From the NCBI GenBank assembly GCA_040263875.1, contig JBDQJI010000004.1:11984-75983 (forward strand): DNA of 64,000 nt, written 5' to 3'. The translations under genes were made by a program, and so were the position numbers. This DNA comes from Alphaproteobacteria bacterium (lineage in GTDB: Bacteria > Pseudomonadota > Alphaproteobacteria > Bin95). The notes under the pieces are model-generated. The model was not told the DNA's origin. It searched no databases and was given only the letters and a program-made list of their open reading frames with translations. This document shows positions 10,167 to 19,142 of this stretch, piece by piece (the first letter of the stretch is position 1; every line of letters begins with the position of its first letter).

Positions 10167-10799
10167 ATGAGCGATAACGGTCGAATACAATGTGCTGGAC
10201 TCGTGCTTGCGGGTGGTGGAGCCGTCCGGTTGGGCGGTGTGAATAAGGCACAAATTCAGATCGGCGATCAAACGCTGCTACTGCGCGCAATCGGGATATT
10301 GGGCCAGTTCGCTGAGGCGATAGCGATTTCCGGCGGGCCTAATCCGACAGGCACTGAAATGCATGGCCATCCGATATTGAAAGACATTTCCCCAGGCGGA
10401 GGGCCGCTTGCCGGGATTGCTGCTGGCTTGAGTTGGGCTGCGGAAGAAGGCCACGAATGGCTTGCAGTCATGCCCGTTGACGCACCCTTCCTTGATGAGT
10501 TGCCCTATCTGCGGCTGATCGAAAAGGCATCGGAAAGCCCACTCTTGATCGCCGAGACTTCGCGCCCGCAGTGGCTCGCGTCAGTCTGGGCAACACGCTT
10601 GGCAACTGATGCTAGAAGGGCAGCGGCAGGCGAAGATAAGTCCATTGCGCATTTTGCAAAGATGATTGGTGGCACAAAAATCGCCATGCCAGAGCTTGCG
10701 CCGATGTTCGACAACATTAATACACCAGAGGACCTCGCAAAGGCGCGCGCCCGCGCGGTCCAGAATTCCAACCAGGAGCCACGAAGCGACAATGTCTGA
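10167..10799 (+). CDS. mobA: Molybdenum cofactor guanylyltransferase MobA
   Basis: 210 aa. LVLAGGGAVRLGG nucleotide-binding start, GPLAGIAAGL, PVDAPF. Confidence 0.85.
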   Translation: MSDNGRIQCAGLVLAGGGAVRLGGVNKAQIQIGDQTLLLRAIGILGQFAEAIAISGGPNPTGTEMHGHPILKDISPGGGPLAGIAAGLSWAAEEGHEWLAVMPVDAPFLDELPYLRLIEKASESPLLIAETSRPQWLASVWATRLATDARRAAAGEDKSIAHFAKMIGGTKIAMPELAPMFDNINTPEDLAKARARAVQNSNQEPRSDNV

Positions 10800-11424
10800 A
10801 TACAGCGAAACAGCGTTGAGCGAAGCCATTACCGCCCGCCTCTGCCATGATCTAATCGGGCCGATGGGCGCGGTTCATAACGGCGTGGAACTGGCGGAAG
10901 AAAGCGAAACAGCAGCCGAATCCGAGGAAATCATGTCCATGGTCAAAGATAGCGCCAAGCAAGCTTGGGGGCGGCTCGCATTTTTCCGCGCGGCGTTTGG
11001 TTCCGGCGGCGGGCAAGACAATTGGTCTGGCAAAGACATGGAAGTGCTGCTGGAAGGCGCACTAGCGACGAAGCGCTTGAGCTTCGCGCGGTCCGGCAGC
11101 TTGGCGCAGGCAGACTATGCGCTCAGCCTGGACAATGCCCGCCTGCTGTTTGGGATCGCTATGGCAGCGGCGGAATGCCTGCCGTGCGGTGGCGTTGTCA
11201 CGATCTTAGCTGGCGGTGCACCAGATGCGCCAACCCTAGCCGCAATGGGCGAAGGCGACCGGGCGGAATTGAAGGATGAGGTGAACCAAGCGCTTTCAGG
11301 CGCTGCGCCTGACGCCCGCACGGCGCATTTGTCACTTCTGATTGTCCGGGCGAAAGCCGTGGGCCGGGCAGTCAAAGCAGAAGCTGAGGGCCGCAAGACC
11401 ACATGGCAGATCGTGGCCGGATAA
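10792..11424 (+). CDS. chpT: Histidine phosphotransferase ChpT (CckA-ChpT-CtrA/CpdR phosphorelay)
   Basis: About 210 aa from the ATG at 10792. It carries the ARLCHDLIGPMGAV H-box, FFRAAFG and LPCGG, paralleling Caulobacter ChpT (ARLCHDFISP, FTRVAFG, LPAGG). The ATG overlaps the mobA stop (ATGTCTGA). The ORF-track 5' extension to 10666 lies inside mobA and I rejected it. Confidence 0.8.
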   Translation: MSEYSETALSEAITARLCHDLIGPMGAVHNGVELAEESETAAESEEIMSMVKDSAKQAWGRLAFFRAAFGSGGGQDNWSGKDMEVLLEGALATKRLSFARSGSLAQADYALSLDNARLLFGIAMAAAECLPCGGVVTILAGGAPDAPTLAAMGEGDRAELKDEVNQALSGAAPDARTAHLSLLIVRAKAVGRAVKAEAEGRKTTWQIVAG

Positions 11425-11447
11425 ACTCCAATTGCAAGCGCTTGAAA

Positions 11448-12659
11448 CTAAACCTTCGAAATTCGTGTATGCGCATCAGGCCGATTCTTTACATCCGGCA
11501 GCAGCTTCAGACCTAGCCCCGCGCCTTCGGGCGCCCGGATGCGGCCGTTTTCGAGCGGTGGTAGTGCCGTCACAATTTCGTCGTACCAGCCGTAATAAAA
11601 CGCGCGTACGACTTCCTGCACCAGCGTATTCGTGGCGTTCTGCGCGAGATGTACGGAGGCAGTTAACAGCACTGGCCCCGTGCAGTCATGGGGTGCCACG
11701 GGCAAGCTATAAGCCTCCGCCATCGTGCAAATCTTCTTGGCCTCAGTGATGCCACCGCACCAGGAAAGGTCGAACATGCAGATGCCGACGGCTTCCCGCT
11801 CGAACAGATCCCGGAATGGGCCGCGATAGCCCAAAGTCTCACTCGCCGTAACAGGGATACGGGTGGAGCGAGCGAAATCAGCGACGGCCTTCAGATTGTC
11901 CATTTTGATTGGGTCTTCAAACCAGAATGGCTCGTAATCTTCCAACGCGCGGGCAATGCGCTTGGCTGCTGTCAGGCCCCACATCGAGTGCAGCTCGACC
12001 ATAATATCCATCTTATCGCCAACGGCTTTGCGGATCTTCTCAAAGGGCTGCAGCGCTGTTTTGAGATCGCCGGGCGAAATATACTGACCGCCCGTTTTTT
12101 CCGCCGCATAGTCAAACGGCCAAATTTTCATGCCGTCGATACCCATCTCCAGCAGCGATTCAGCAACCTCATCCGCACGATTCAGAAAACCATCCAGATC
12201 CTCGTATGGCCCTTCCGCCCCACCGCCCGGCAGTCCAAAGCTCTTTGTGCTTTGTTGCTTGGCTGAACGAACATATTGGTACCCGGCGCAGGTGTTGTAG
12301 GCGCGGACCGAATCCCACGTAGCACCGCCAAGCAGGGCGTGGATCGGTTGATTGGTCGCCTGCCCCCAAATATCCCAAAGTGCGATATCAGCTGCAGATG
12401 CAGCCCGTGTTTCAGCACCCGAAGAAGCAAAACCGATATAGCCCACCATAGCTTTGGAGTGCTTATCGACGAGCCTCGGGTCCTTGCCCAAAAGATATGG
12501 TGCGACGATCTCATGCAGATGCGCTTCGGCGGCTTCTGGGCCGTAGAATGCCTCACCAAGGCCGGTTAAGCCTTCATCCGTGTGGATTTCGACCCATAGC
12601 AGATTAGGAAATTCTTCCAGGCGAATGGATTCCACGGCGGTGATTTTCATGATCTGCAC
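11448..12659 (-). CDS. Enolase-superfamily protein (mandelate racemase/muconate lactonizing enzyme family; acid-sugar dehydratase-like)
   Basis: 403 aa. N-terminal capping domain (ITAVESIRLEEFPNLLWVEIHTDEGLTGLGEA, DIALWDI) and a barrel domain with metal-ligand regions (KIWPFD, FWFEDP, ASE). Confidence 0.85.
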   Translation of the reverse strand: MQIMKITAVESIRLEEFPNLLWVEIHTDEGLTGLGEAFYGPEAAEAHLHEIVAPYLLGKDPRLVDKHSKAMVGYIGFASSGAETRAASAADIALWDIWGQATNQPIHALLGGATWDSVRAYNTCAGYQYVRSAKQQSTKSFGLPGGGAEGPYEDLDGFLNRADEVAESLLEMGIDGMKIWPFDYAAEKTGGQYISPGDLKTALQPFEKIRKAVGDKMDIMVELHSMWGLTAAKRIARALEDYEPFWFEDPIKMDNLKAVADFARSTRIPVTASETLGYRGPFRDLFEREAVGICMFDLSWCGGITEAKKICTMAEAYSLPVAPHDCTGPVLLTASVHLAQNATNTLVQEVVRAFYYGWYDEIVTALPPLENGRIRAPEGAGLGLKLLPDVKNRPDAHTRISKV

Positions 12660-12832
12660 TTCTCACATCAAAATTGGGTCCAACAGCCTACGCCATGCCC
12701 CTCTGCTGCGCGACCAATTCTTACCAGCCCGACGTTAAGACACTAGACGCGGCGCCGCACCGACGCGTAAAAGAGGGGGTCTGTTTTTCATGCCGCAAAA
12801 TGGGGCGGCTGCGCGAGCGCGGCCTGAAGCCT

Positions 12833-13087
12833 ATGTCCGATATTAAAGACCGAGTGAAAGATATCCTCGCAGAGGAATGCGCCGTTGACCGGGCCGCGCT
12901 AACGGACGACGCCCGACTGGATGATGTTGGTATTTCCTCTGTTGATATGGTGCAGGTCATTTTCGCCATTGAAGAAGAGTACAGCATTTCAATCGGCGAC
13001 GGAGATATTGGACTTGAGATCGAGACTGTGGGCGAAGTGACCGACGCGGTGGCGAAGGTTGTCGCCGACGCCAAAGCTGGCGCGTAA
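12833..13087 (+). CDS. Acyl carrier protein, NodF-like
   Basis: 84 aa from the ATG at 12833. Phosphopantetheine-site region LDDVGISSVDMVQVIFAIEEEY (compare NodF LGIDSLGLADVLWDLEQLY). The 5' part of the ORF-track ORF (12674-12832) has no coding support. Confidence 0.8.
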   Translation: MSDIKDRVKDILAEECAVDRAALTDDARLDDVGISSVDMVQVIFAIEEEYSISIGDGDIGLEIETVGEVTDAVAKVVADAKAGA

Positions 13088-13104
13088 ACGGACCCTTTCG
13101 GATC

Positions 13105-14304
13105 ATGCGACGTGTCGCCATCACAGGTCTTGGCCTGGTTTCATCCCTCGGCCACGATGTTGAGAGCTTCTGGAACGCCACACGCAATGGCGAGACCGGC
13201 GTTGCGCCAACCACAATTCCCGAAGGCGATTCACTAACGGCTCGCATGGTGGCTGAAGTTAAAGATTGGGATGGCGCTAAGGCGCTGGACCGCAAACTTC
13301 TGGGCCTGTCTGACCGATTCTCGCAGTTCGCCGTTTATGCGGCTAAGCAAGCGGTGGATGATGCGGGCGATATGTCCCGGGATAATGCGGCGATCATCAT
13401 TGGTACCGGCGTCGGTGGCGCTGTCACGCTTGATGAAAGCTATTTGCGGCTTTACCGCGAAAACCAGCAACGCATTCACCCTTTCTCCATACCGCGCCTG
13501 ATGGCCAACGGCCCTGCCAGCTTGGTCAGTTTGGCAATGGGCATTACCGGCCCGTCTTTTGCCGTTTCCAGCGCATGCTCCTCATCCAATCATGCAATTG
13601 GTTTGGCAGCAGGCATGGTACAGCGCGGCGAGGTTGAAGCTGCTCTCGCCGGTGGAGCGGAGGCCGCAATCACCTACGGCGGTATCCGTGCTTGGGAGGC
13701 ACTGCGCGTAATCTCGCCAGATGTGTGTCGCCCATTCAGTGCTGATCGCAAAGGCATGATCCTAGGCGAAGGCTCCGGCATGGTCGTGCTGGAGGATATG
13801 GAGCGGGCGAAAGCTCGCGGTGCCCATATTTATGCGGAACTCGCAGGCTTTGGCATGTCCGCAGACGCCGTGGACATGGTGCAGCCTTCCATGGAAGGTG
13901 CAGCGCGCACGATCAAAGCCGCGCTGAACGCCGCCGGTATGAACCCGGACGAGGTAGACTATATAAACGCCCACGGCACTGGGACGCCCGCCAACGATCC
14001 GACAGAAACCAAAGCCATCCGTACCGTCTTTGGCGACGCAGCGGACAAGGTGCTGGTGTCCTCTACCAAAGCGATGCACGGGCATGCCCTGGGTGCAGCA
14101 GGCGCGCTGGAATTGATTGCCACGCTCGGTGCCATGCATAGTGGAATCGTACCGCCGACCATCAATTTCACCGAAGCCGATCCTGCTTGTGATCTGGACT
14201 ACGTACCCAACCAAGCGCGCGAACGGCAGGTCAAATCTGCTGTGTCGAACAGCTTTGCGTTCGGCGGACTGAATGCGGTACTGGCGTTGCGCGCAGCCCC
14301 CTAA
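13105..14304 (+). CDS. Beta-ketoacyl-ACP synthase II family, NodE-like
   Basis: 399 aa. Active-site Cys in SSACSSSNHAIG, His in NAHGTGT and HGHALGAAG. WEALRVISPDVCRPFSADRKGMILGEGSGMVVLE closely parallels rhizobial NodE ([34 protein letters not shown]). Confidence 0.9.
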   Translation: MRRVAITGLGLVSSLGHDVESFWNATRNGETGVAPTTIPEGDSLTARMVAEVKDWDGAKALDRKLLGLSDRFSQFAVYAAKQAVDDAGDMSRDNAAIIIGTGVGGAVTLDESYLRLYRENQQRIHPFSIPRLMANGPASLVSLAMGITGPSFAVSSACSSSNHAIGLAAGMVQRGEVEAALAGGAEAAITYGGIRAWEALRVISPDVCRPFSADRKGMILGEGSGMVVLEDMERAKARGAHIYAELAGFGMSADAVDMVQPSMEGAARTIKAALNAAGMNPDEVDYINAHGTGTPANDPTETKAIRTVFGDAADKVLVSSTKAMHGHALGAAGALELIATLGAMHSGIVPPTINFTEADPACDLDYVPNQARERQVKSAVSNSFAFGGLNAVLALRAAP

Positions 14305-14378
14305 TTCCAGTCGCCCGCATTTCACGCTAGACTATCTGCTTCACCTGCGAGACGCGTTTCGAACTGGAGAATTCAGCT

Positions 14379-15074
14379 GTGATTGATCTGTATACGTGGC
14401 CAACGCCGAACGGCCACAAGGTGCACATCATGCTGGAGGAAACTGAGACGCCCTATAATGTGATCCCAGTCAATATCGGTGAAGGCGAGCAATTCGCTTC
14501 CAATTTCCTGAAGATCAGCCCGAACAACAAGATGCCCGCGATTGTTGACCATGATGGCCCAGACGGAACATCCATGGCCTTAGCTGAATCTGGTGCGATT
14601 CTGATATATCTGGGCGAAAAAACTGGCCAGTTCCTACCCACAGACGGCCCGGGGCGTTATGCCTGCATGCAATGGGTGATGACGCAGATGGGGCATATTG
14701 GGCCAACACTTGGCCAAGTGCATCATTTCCGAAATTACGCGGTCGAGAAACTGCCCTACGCAATCGACCGGTTTGTGAATGAGGCGACCCGGCTATACAA
14801 TGTCCTCGACAAGCAACTTGGCGAGACCGAATTCCTAGCGGCAAATGACTACACCATCGCCGATATGGCAACATATCCTTGGATCAGACCTTGGAAGGCT
14901 CAGGGCCAGGATATGGATGCGCACCCAAACCTGAAGCGCTGGTATGATTCTATCTATGCCCGTCCCGCCGTCGCACGCGGATGTACGCTGCTATCAGACC
15001 GTCGCCGCAAGGGACCAATGGATGCTAAGCAGCGCGAGATTATGTTCGGCAAGACCCAATACGAAAAGCGATAA
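14379..15074 (+). CDS. yfcG: Nu-class glutathione S-transferase (YfcG-like GSH-dependent disulfide reductase)
   Basis: 231 aa. MIDLYTWPTPNGHKVHIMLEE, ISPNNKMPAIVDH and ESGAILIYL are nearly colinear with E. coli YfcG. GTG start with GGAG upstream. Confidence 0.9.
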   Translation: MIDLYTWPTPNGHKVHIMLEETETPYNVIPVNIGEGEQFASNFLKISPNNKMPAIVDHDGPDGTSMALAESGAILIYLGEKTGQFLPTDGPGRYACMQWVMTQMGHIGPTLGQVHHFRNYAVEKLPYAIDRFVNEATRLYNVLDKQLGETEFLAANDYTIADMATYPWIRPWKAQGQDMDAHPNLKRWYDSIYARPAVARGCTLLSDRRRKGPMDAKQREIMFGKTQYEKR

Positions 15075-15083
15075 GGAAAGCGC

Positions 15084-16892
15084 ATGAGCTTTACCACACG
15101 GCCAGAAATTCACGGCGTCTTCGGCGTTGTCGGCTCTACCCATTGGCTTGCCAGCCAACATGCGATGGCGGTGCTGGAAAAAGGCGGCAACGCCTTTGAT
15201 GCCGCCGTCACGGGCGGCTTCGTGCTGCAGGTTGTCGAGCCACACCTGAATGGCCCGCTTGGCGACATGCCTGCGCTGACTTGGTCGGCAAAAGAACAAA
15301 AAGTCCGAGTCGTTTGCGGCCAAGGCCCTGCCCCGGAAGCCGCTACGATTGAGGCCTATACCTCCCGTGGCCTGGATGTCATTCCAGGGTCAGGCCTCCT
15401 CGCCCCTTGCGTTCCAGGTGCGACTGACGCTTGGCTGCTAATGCTCCAAGACCACGGCACAATCACGTTAGAGGAAGCGCTCCGCCCCGCGATTAATCTT
15501 GCAGGCGGAGGTTTCCCAGTCGTCGAGCACATGACGCGCACGATTGATTCCGTCGCCGAACTTTTCCGAGACGAATGGACGACTTCTGCCGCCATCTGGC
15601 TGGATCACGGTGAGACACCAAAGCCCGGCCGGTTATGGCGAAACCCAGACCAAGCGGCCTTCTACGAAGGCCTTGTGGCGGAAGGTGCAGCTGCATCTGG
15701 CGGTCGTGATGCCGCGATTAACGCAGCGCGCCGAGCACTACGCGAAGGATTCGTTGCCGAGGCTATCGATAACTTCTCCCGCAACACCGAAGCCATGGAC
15801 GTATCTGGCAAGCGCCATAGCGGCCTGCTGACGGGCAGCGATTTGGCTGCATGGCAGGCCCATTATGAGGACGCACTGACCTATAACTTCGGTGACTACA
15901 CCATCGCCAAGCCTGGCCCATGGAGCCAAGGCCCAGTATTTCTGCAACAGCTGGCTCTGCTGAATGGCACAGATATCGGCGTAATGGACCCGATGGGACC
16001 AGACTTCATTCACGTCGTCGTCGAAGCGGCTAAGCTCGCCTATGCCGACCGGGAAGCGTTCTATGGCGATCCGAACTTTGTAGACGTTCCGATGGGCGAA
16101 CTGCTCTCTCGTGGGTACAATAACCGTCGCCGTGCGCTCATTGATCCGAATGTGGCGTCTATGGAGCTTAGGCCAGGCGAAATTGCAGGGTTCTCTTCAG
16201 AAATTGGCGTTGGCTCGGCCCAGCGAATCTTTGGCCCCGGCGTTGGCGAACCGACAATGGACAAGCTGGAAAGCGATCAAGTCACGACCGGCATGACCTC
16301 CGGCCCCGTTGATGGCGACACTTGCCATATCGACGTAATTGATAAAGGCGGCAACATGGTCTCCGCAACGCCATCTGGCGGGTGGTTACAGTCTTCGCCT
16401 GCGATCCCGGCACTTGGCTGCTGCCTTGGCACGCGTGCGCAGATGTTCTGGCTGAAAGAAGGCCTGCCCGGTAGCTTGGCCCCCGGCAAACGGCCCCGCA
16501 CGACGCTGTCACCCTCCTTCGCACTCCGCGAGGGTGAGGCCTATATGCCGTTTGGCACACCGGGCGGCGATGGCCAGGACCAATGGACTGTCATCTTCTT
16601 CCTACGCCACATCCTGCATGGCATGAACCTGCAGGAAGCAATTGATGCGCCAACATTCCAGACCCACCACTTCCCATCCTCCTTCTTCCCCCGACAGGCC
16701 GAACCGGGCCGATTAGTACTGGAAGGCCGTTATCCGCAAGCAACCGTTAACGCGCTGGCTGATAAAGGCCATAAGGTCGAAGTCGGCGGGCCGTGGACCC
16801 AAGGCCGCATCAGCGCATGTGCTAAGGATGGCGAGCTTTTGAAAGCGGCCGCTAATCCACGCTTGATGCAGGGTTACGCCGTCGGGCGCTGA
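15084..16892 (+). CDS. ggt: Gamma-glutamyltransferase family protein
   Basis: 602 aa. Ntn-hydrolase family; DTCHIDVIDKGGNMVSATPSGG around the autoprocessing Thr, FGTPGGDGQ near the C-terminus. Confidence 0.85.
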   Translation: MSFTTRPEIHGVFGVVGSTHWLASQHAMAVLEKGGNAFDAAVTGGFVLQVVEPHLNGPLGDMPALTWSAKEQKVRVVCGQGPAPEAATIEAYTSRGLDVIPGSGLLAPCVPGATDAWLLMLQDHGTITLEEALRPAINLAGGGFPVVEHMTRTIDSVAELFRDEWTTSAAIWLDHGETPKPGRLWRNPDQAAFYEGLVAEGAAASGGRDAAINAARRALREGFVAEAIDNFSRNTEAMDVSGKRHSGLLTGSDLAAWQAHYEDALTYNFGDYTIAKPGPWSQGPVFLQQLALLNGTDIGVMDPMGPDFIHVVVEAAKLAYADREAFYGDPNFVDVPMGELLSRGYNNRRRALIDPNVASMELRPGEIAGFSSEIGVGSAQRIFGPGVGEPTMDKLESDQVTTGMTSGPVDGDTCHIDVIDKGGNMVSATPSGGWLQSSPAIPALGCCLGTRAQMFWLKEGLPGSLAPGKRPRTTLSPSFALREGEAYMPFGTPGGDGQDQWTVIFFLRHILHGMNLQEAIDAPTFQTHHFPSSFFPRQAEPGRLVLEGRYPQATVNALADKGHKVEVGGPWTQGRISACAKDGELLKAAANPRLMQGYAVGR

Positions 16893-16916
16893 CCAAAACA
16901 AAGGCGTGGTCTGACA

Positions 16917-19109
16917 ATGCTTCTTCGGGGATTTCTAGGGTTGATCTGTGCAGCGGCTTTCGCCGTAGCGCCTGCCTATGCCCAATCCCCGTTCCAGTTC
17001 ACAGACGCTCCTGATCAATCCGGCCCGGCCCTCATTGCCGCCGACCAGATGACCTATGCCAGCGACGGTGAAACCATTACAGCGATTGGCGATGTCACAA
17101 TCGTCCAGGGCGCGCGGGCTTTATCGGCGGATCAGGTCACGTACGAGGTTGCGGCAGATAGGATTATCGCGACCGGGTCCGTCACGCTTATTGAGCCAGG
17201 CGGCGAGACCCTGAACGCAAACCGTGTCGAGCTGACGGACCAGCTGAAACGGGCAATCGCCGACCAGCTGCGCATTCGTCTATCAGATGGTTCAAGGTTG
17301 GTTGGATCAACGGCAGATCGTGTTTCTGGCGACCGGACGGTTCTGGCAAACGCAGCGTTCACATCATGCAAGGCGTGCGAGAAAGATCCAGACCGAGCGC
17401 CACTCTGGCGTCTCCGCGCCCGCAAGGTCGAGCATGATGAAGTCGCGAAGGACCTGACATACGAGGATGTGACACTCGATATCGCTGGCCTCCCCGTTTT
17501 CTACACGCCTTATTTCAGCCACCCTGACCCCACAGTGAAGCGGCGCACCGGCTTCCTTGCTCCGGACCTATTTTTCGGTGGCGAGTTCGATGCGGTGGCA
17601 CAGGTCCCGTATTATTGGTCAATCGCACCCGATAAAGACTTGACCTTCAAGCCGCTGATCACACCGAAAACAGCGCCAGTGGCTGCAGCAGAATACCGAC
17701 AGCTTTTCCACAATGGCGTTATCAACGTGGACGCCAGCTTCGGTGTACTGGAGCGCACCACGAACTCTGGCGCTAAGAAAAATGATGCTGTCCGCGGTCA
17801 TGGCTTTCTGGATGGACAGTTTGCGCTTGATGACAATTGGCGCCTAACCCTCGCTGGCGCGATTGCGAGTGATGATAGCTATCTTGAAACCTTCAATATT
17901 GATGATGCAGATACCCTGCGCTCCACCGTCAATATGGAAGGCTTTTACGGTGCCTCATATGTCGTTGTCGGCGGCTTTGCAGCCCAGGACCTTCGCGAGA
18001 ACTCCGCCCAGAGTACAACACCAACGGCGCTGCCTAGTGTCCGTGGGTCCTATATCGGCGAGCAAGGGCGCCTGGGTTATGCCTATGCGGAGGGCGATGC
18101 CCGCGCCCTGACCCGGAACACTGGCACAGATAGCCAAAGCGCATCCGCAAATGTCGGCTGGCGCGCGCCCTTCACCACACCGGGCGGACAACAGATTGAG
18201 GTCACAGCCAACCTTCGCGGCGATATCTATAATGTCGCTGACGCTAATGGTGTTACAGGCCAGGACGAATTCATTGCCCGGGCGCATCCGACAGCGACTG
18301 CAGACTGGCGGTTTCCGCTGATCCAGCAGCATAAGTGGGGCTCTATCGTGGTTGAGCCTCGCGTTCAGGCGGTTGCAGGCCTGGACGACGCCCGCACACG
18401 CAACATTCCGAATGAGGACGCCCAAGCCGTCGAATTCGATGAAAGCAATTTCTACGCTCGGGATCGGTTTCCGGGCCGCGATCTAATCGACGATGGCCAA
18501 CGGGTGGACTATGGCGTGCGCATCACGGGCTTGTTGTTCGGTGGCGGGCGGGCGGAGGCCTTTGTCGGCCAGAGTCTCGCACGCGAGCCTGGAGCTTTTG
18601 CTGCTGCCACGGATATGACAGGCCGCTCGTCAGACATCGTCGCGGCAGCAACCGTGTCACCAGCTGAGTATCTGGACCTCAATTGGCGCGCACGGTTTGC
18701 GAAGAATGACTTTGATATTCGCCGCCAAGAGGTTTCCATCGGCGCGGGCCCGGATTGGCTGCGCTTCAATGCCGAATACATCCGCGTTGATAATGTGAAC
18801 CAAGGGCCTCAGTTCATCGCTGCCCAGGAGCAGATCAGGGGTGGTTTCAAACTGAAATTCGCCGATCATTGGAGTATTTCAGGCAGCCATCATCGCGACC
18901 TGGACAGCAATGAACCGCTGCTCTGGTCTGCCAGCGTTGCTTATGAGGACGAATGTTTCGCAGTAGACCTCGCCTTCGCCAGCGATTTCGCAAGCCAAGC
19001 AGATGGCGGCGGACGCGACGACAGCGTCTTCCTCCGCGTCCGCTTCAAACACCTCGGCGGCATCCAGACGGCCCAAGGTGTTGGCGGCCGGAATAGCGAG
19101 CGGAACTAA
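16917..19109 (+). CDS. lptD: LPS-assembly outer-membrane protein LptD (OstA)
   Basis: 730 aa. Signal peptide (AFAVAPAYAQ), N-terminal OstA-like domain (ADQMTY...ITAIGDVTIVQG) and a large C-terminal beta-barrel rich in aromatic/Gly alternation. Confidence 0.9.
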   Translation: MLLRGFLGLICAAAFAVAPAYAQSPFQFTDAPDQSGPALIAADQMTYASDGETITAIGDVTIVQGARALSADQVTYEVAADRIIATGSVTLIEPGGETLNANRVELTDQLKRAIADQLRIRLSDGSRLVGSTADRVSGDRTVLANAAFTSCKACEKDPDRAPLWRLRARKVEHDEVAKDLTYEDVTLDIAGLPVFYTPYFSHPDPTVKRRTGFLAPDLFFGGEFDAVAQVPYYWSIAPDKDLTFKPLITPKTAPVAAAEYRQLFHNGVINVDASFGVLERTTNSGAKKNDAVRGHGFLDGQFALDDNWRLTLAGAIASDDSYLETFNIDDADTLRSTVNMEGFYGASYVVVGGFAAQDLRENSAQSTTPTALPSVRGSYIGEQGRLGYAYAEGDARALTRNTGTDSQSASANVGWRAPFTTPGGQQIEVTANLRGDIYNVADANGVTGQDEFIARAHPTATADWRFPLIQQHKWGSIVVEPRVQAVAGLDDARTRNIPNEDAQAVEFDESNFYARDRFPGRDLIDDGQRVDYGVRITGLLFGGGRAEAFVGQSLAREPGAFAAATDMTGRSSDIVAAATVSPAEYLDLNWRARFAKNDFDIRRQEVSIGAGPDWLRFNAEYIRVDNVNQGPQFIAAQEQIRGGFKLKFADHWSISGSHHRDLDSNEPLLWSASVAYEDECFAVDLAFASDFASQADGGGRDDSVFLRVRFKHLGGIQTAQGVGGRNSERN

Positions 19110-19142
19110 ACCACACGCCAGACCATTTCGCTTTCACACCAT

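Noticed and set aside
10666-10791. 5' extensions of ORF-track ORFs: 10666-10791 (chpT), 12674-12832 (ACP), 40915-41235 (NMO), 33250-33498 (zeta inhibitor), 38118-38180 (bolA), 49306-49347 (ridA) and 45813-45884 (DUF1028).
   Set aside because: The extensions overlap neighbouring genes or lack coding character. An internal Met with a proper Shine-Dalgarno sequence coincides with the conserved family N-terminus in each case.
11435-11444. The palindrome CAAGCGCTTG between the convergent chpT and enolase-superfamily genes, considered as a terminator.
   Set aside because: A 10-bp perfect palindrome leaves no loop, so at most a 3-4 bp stem could form. There is also no U-tract.
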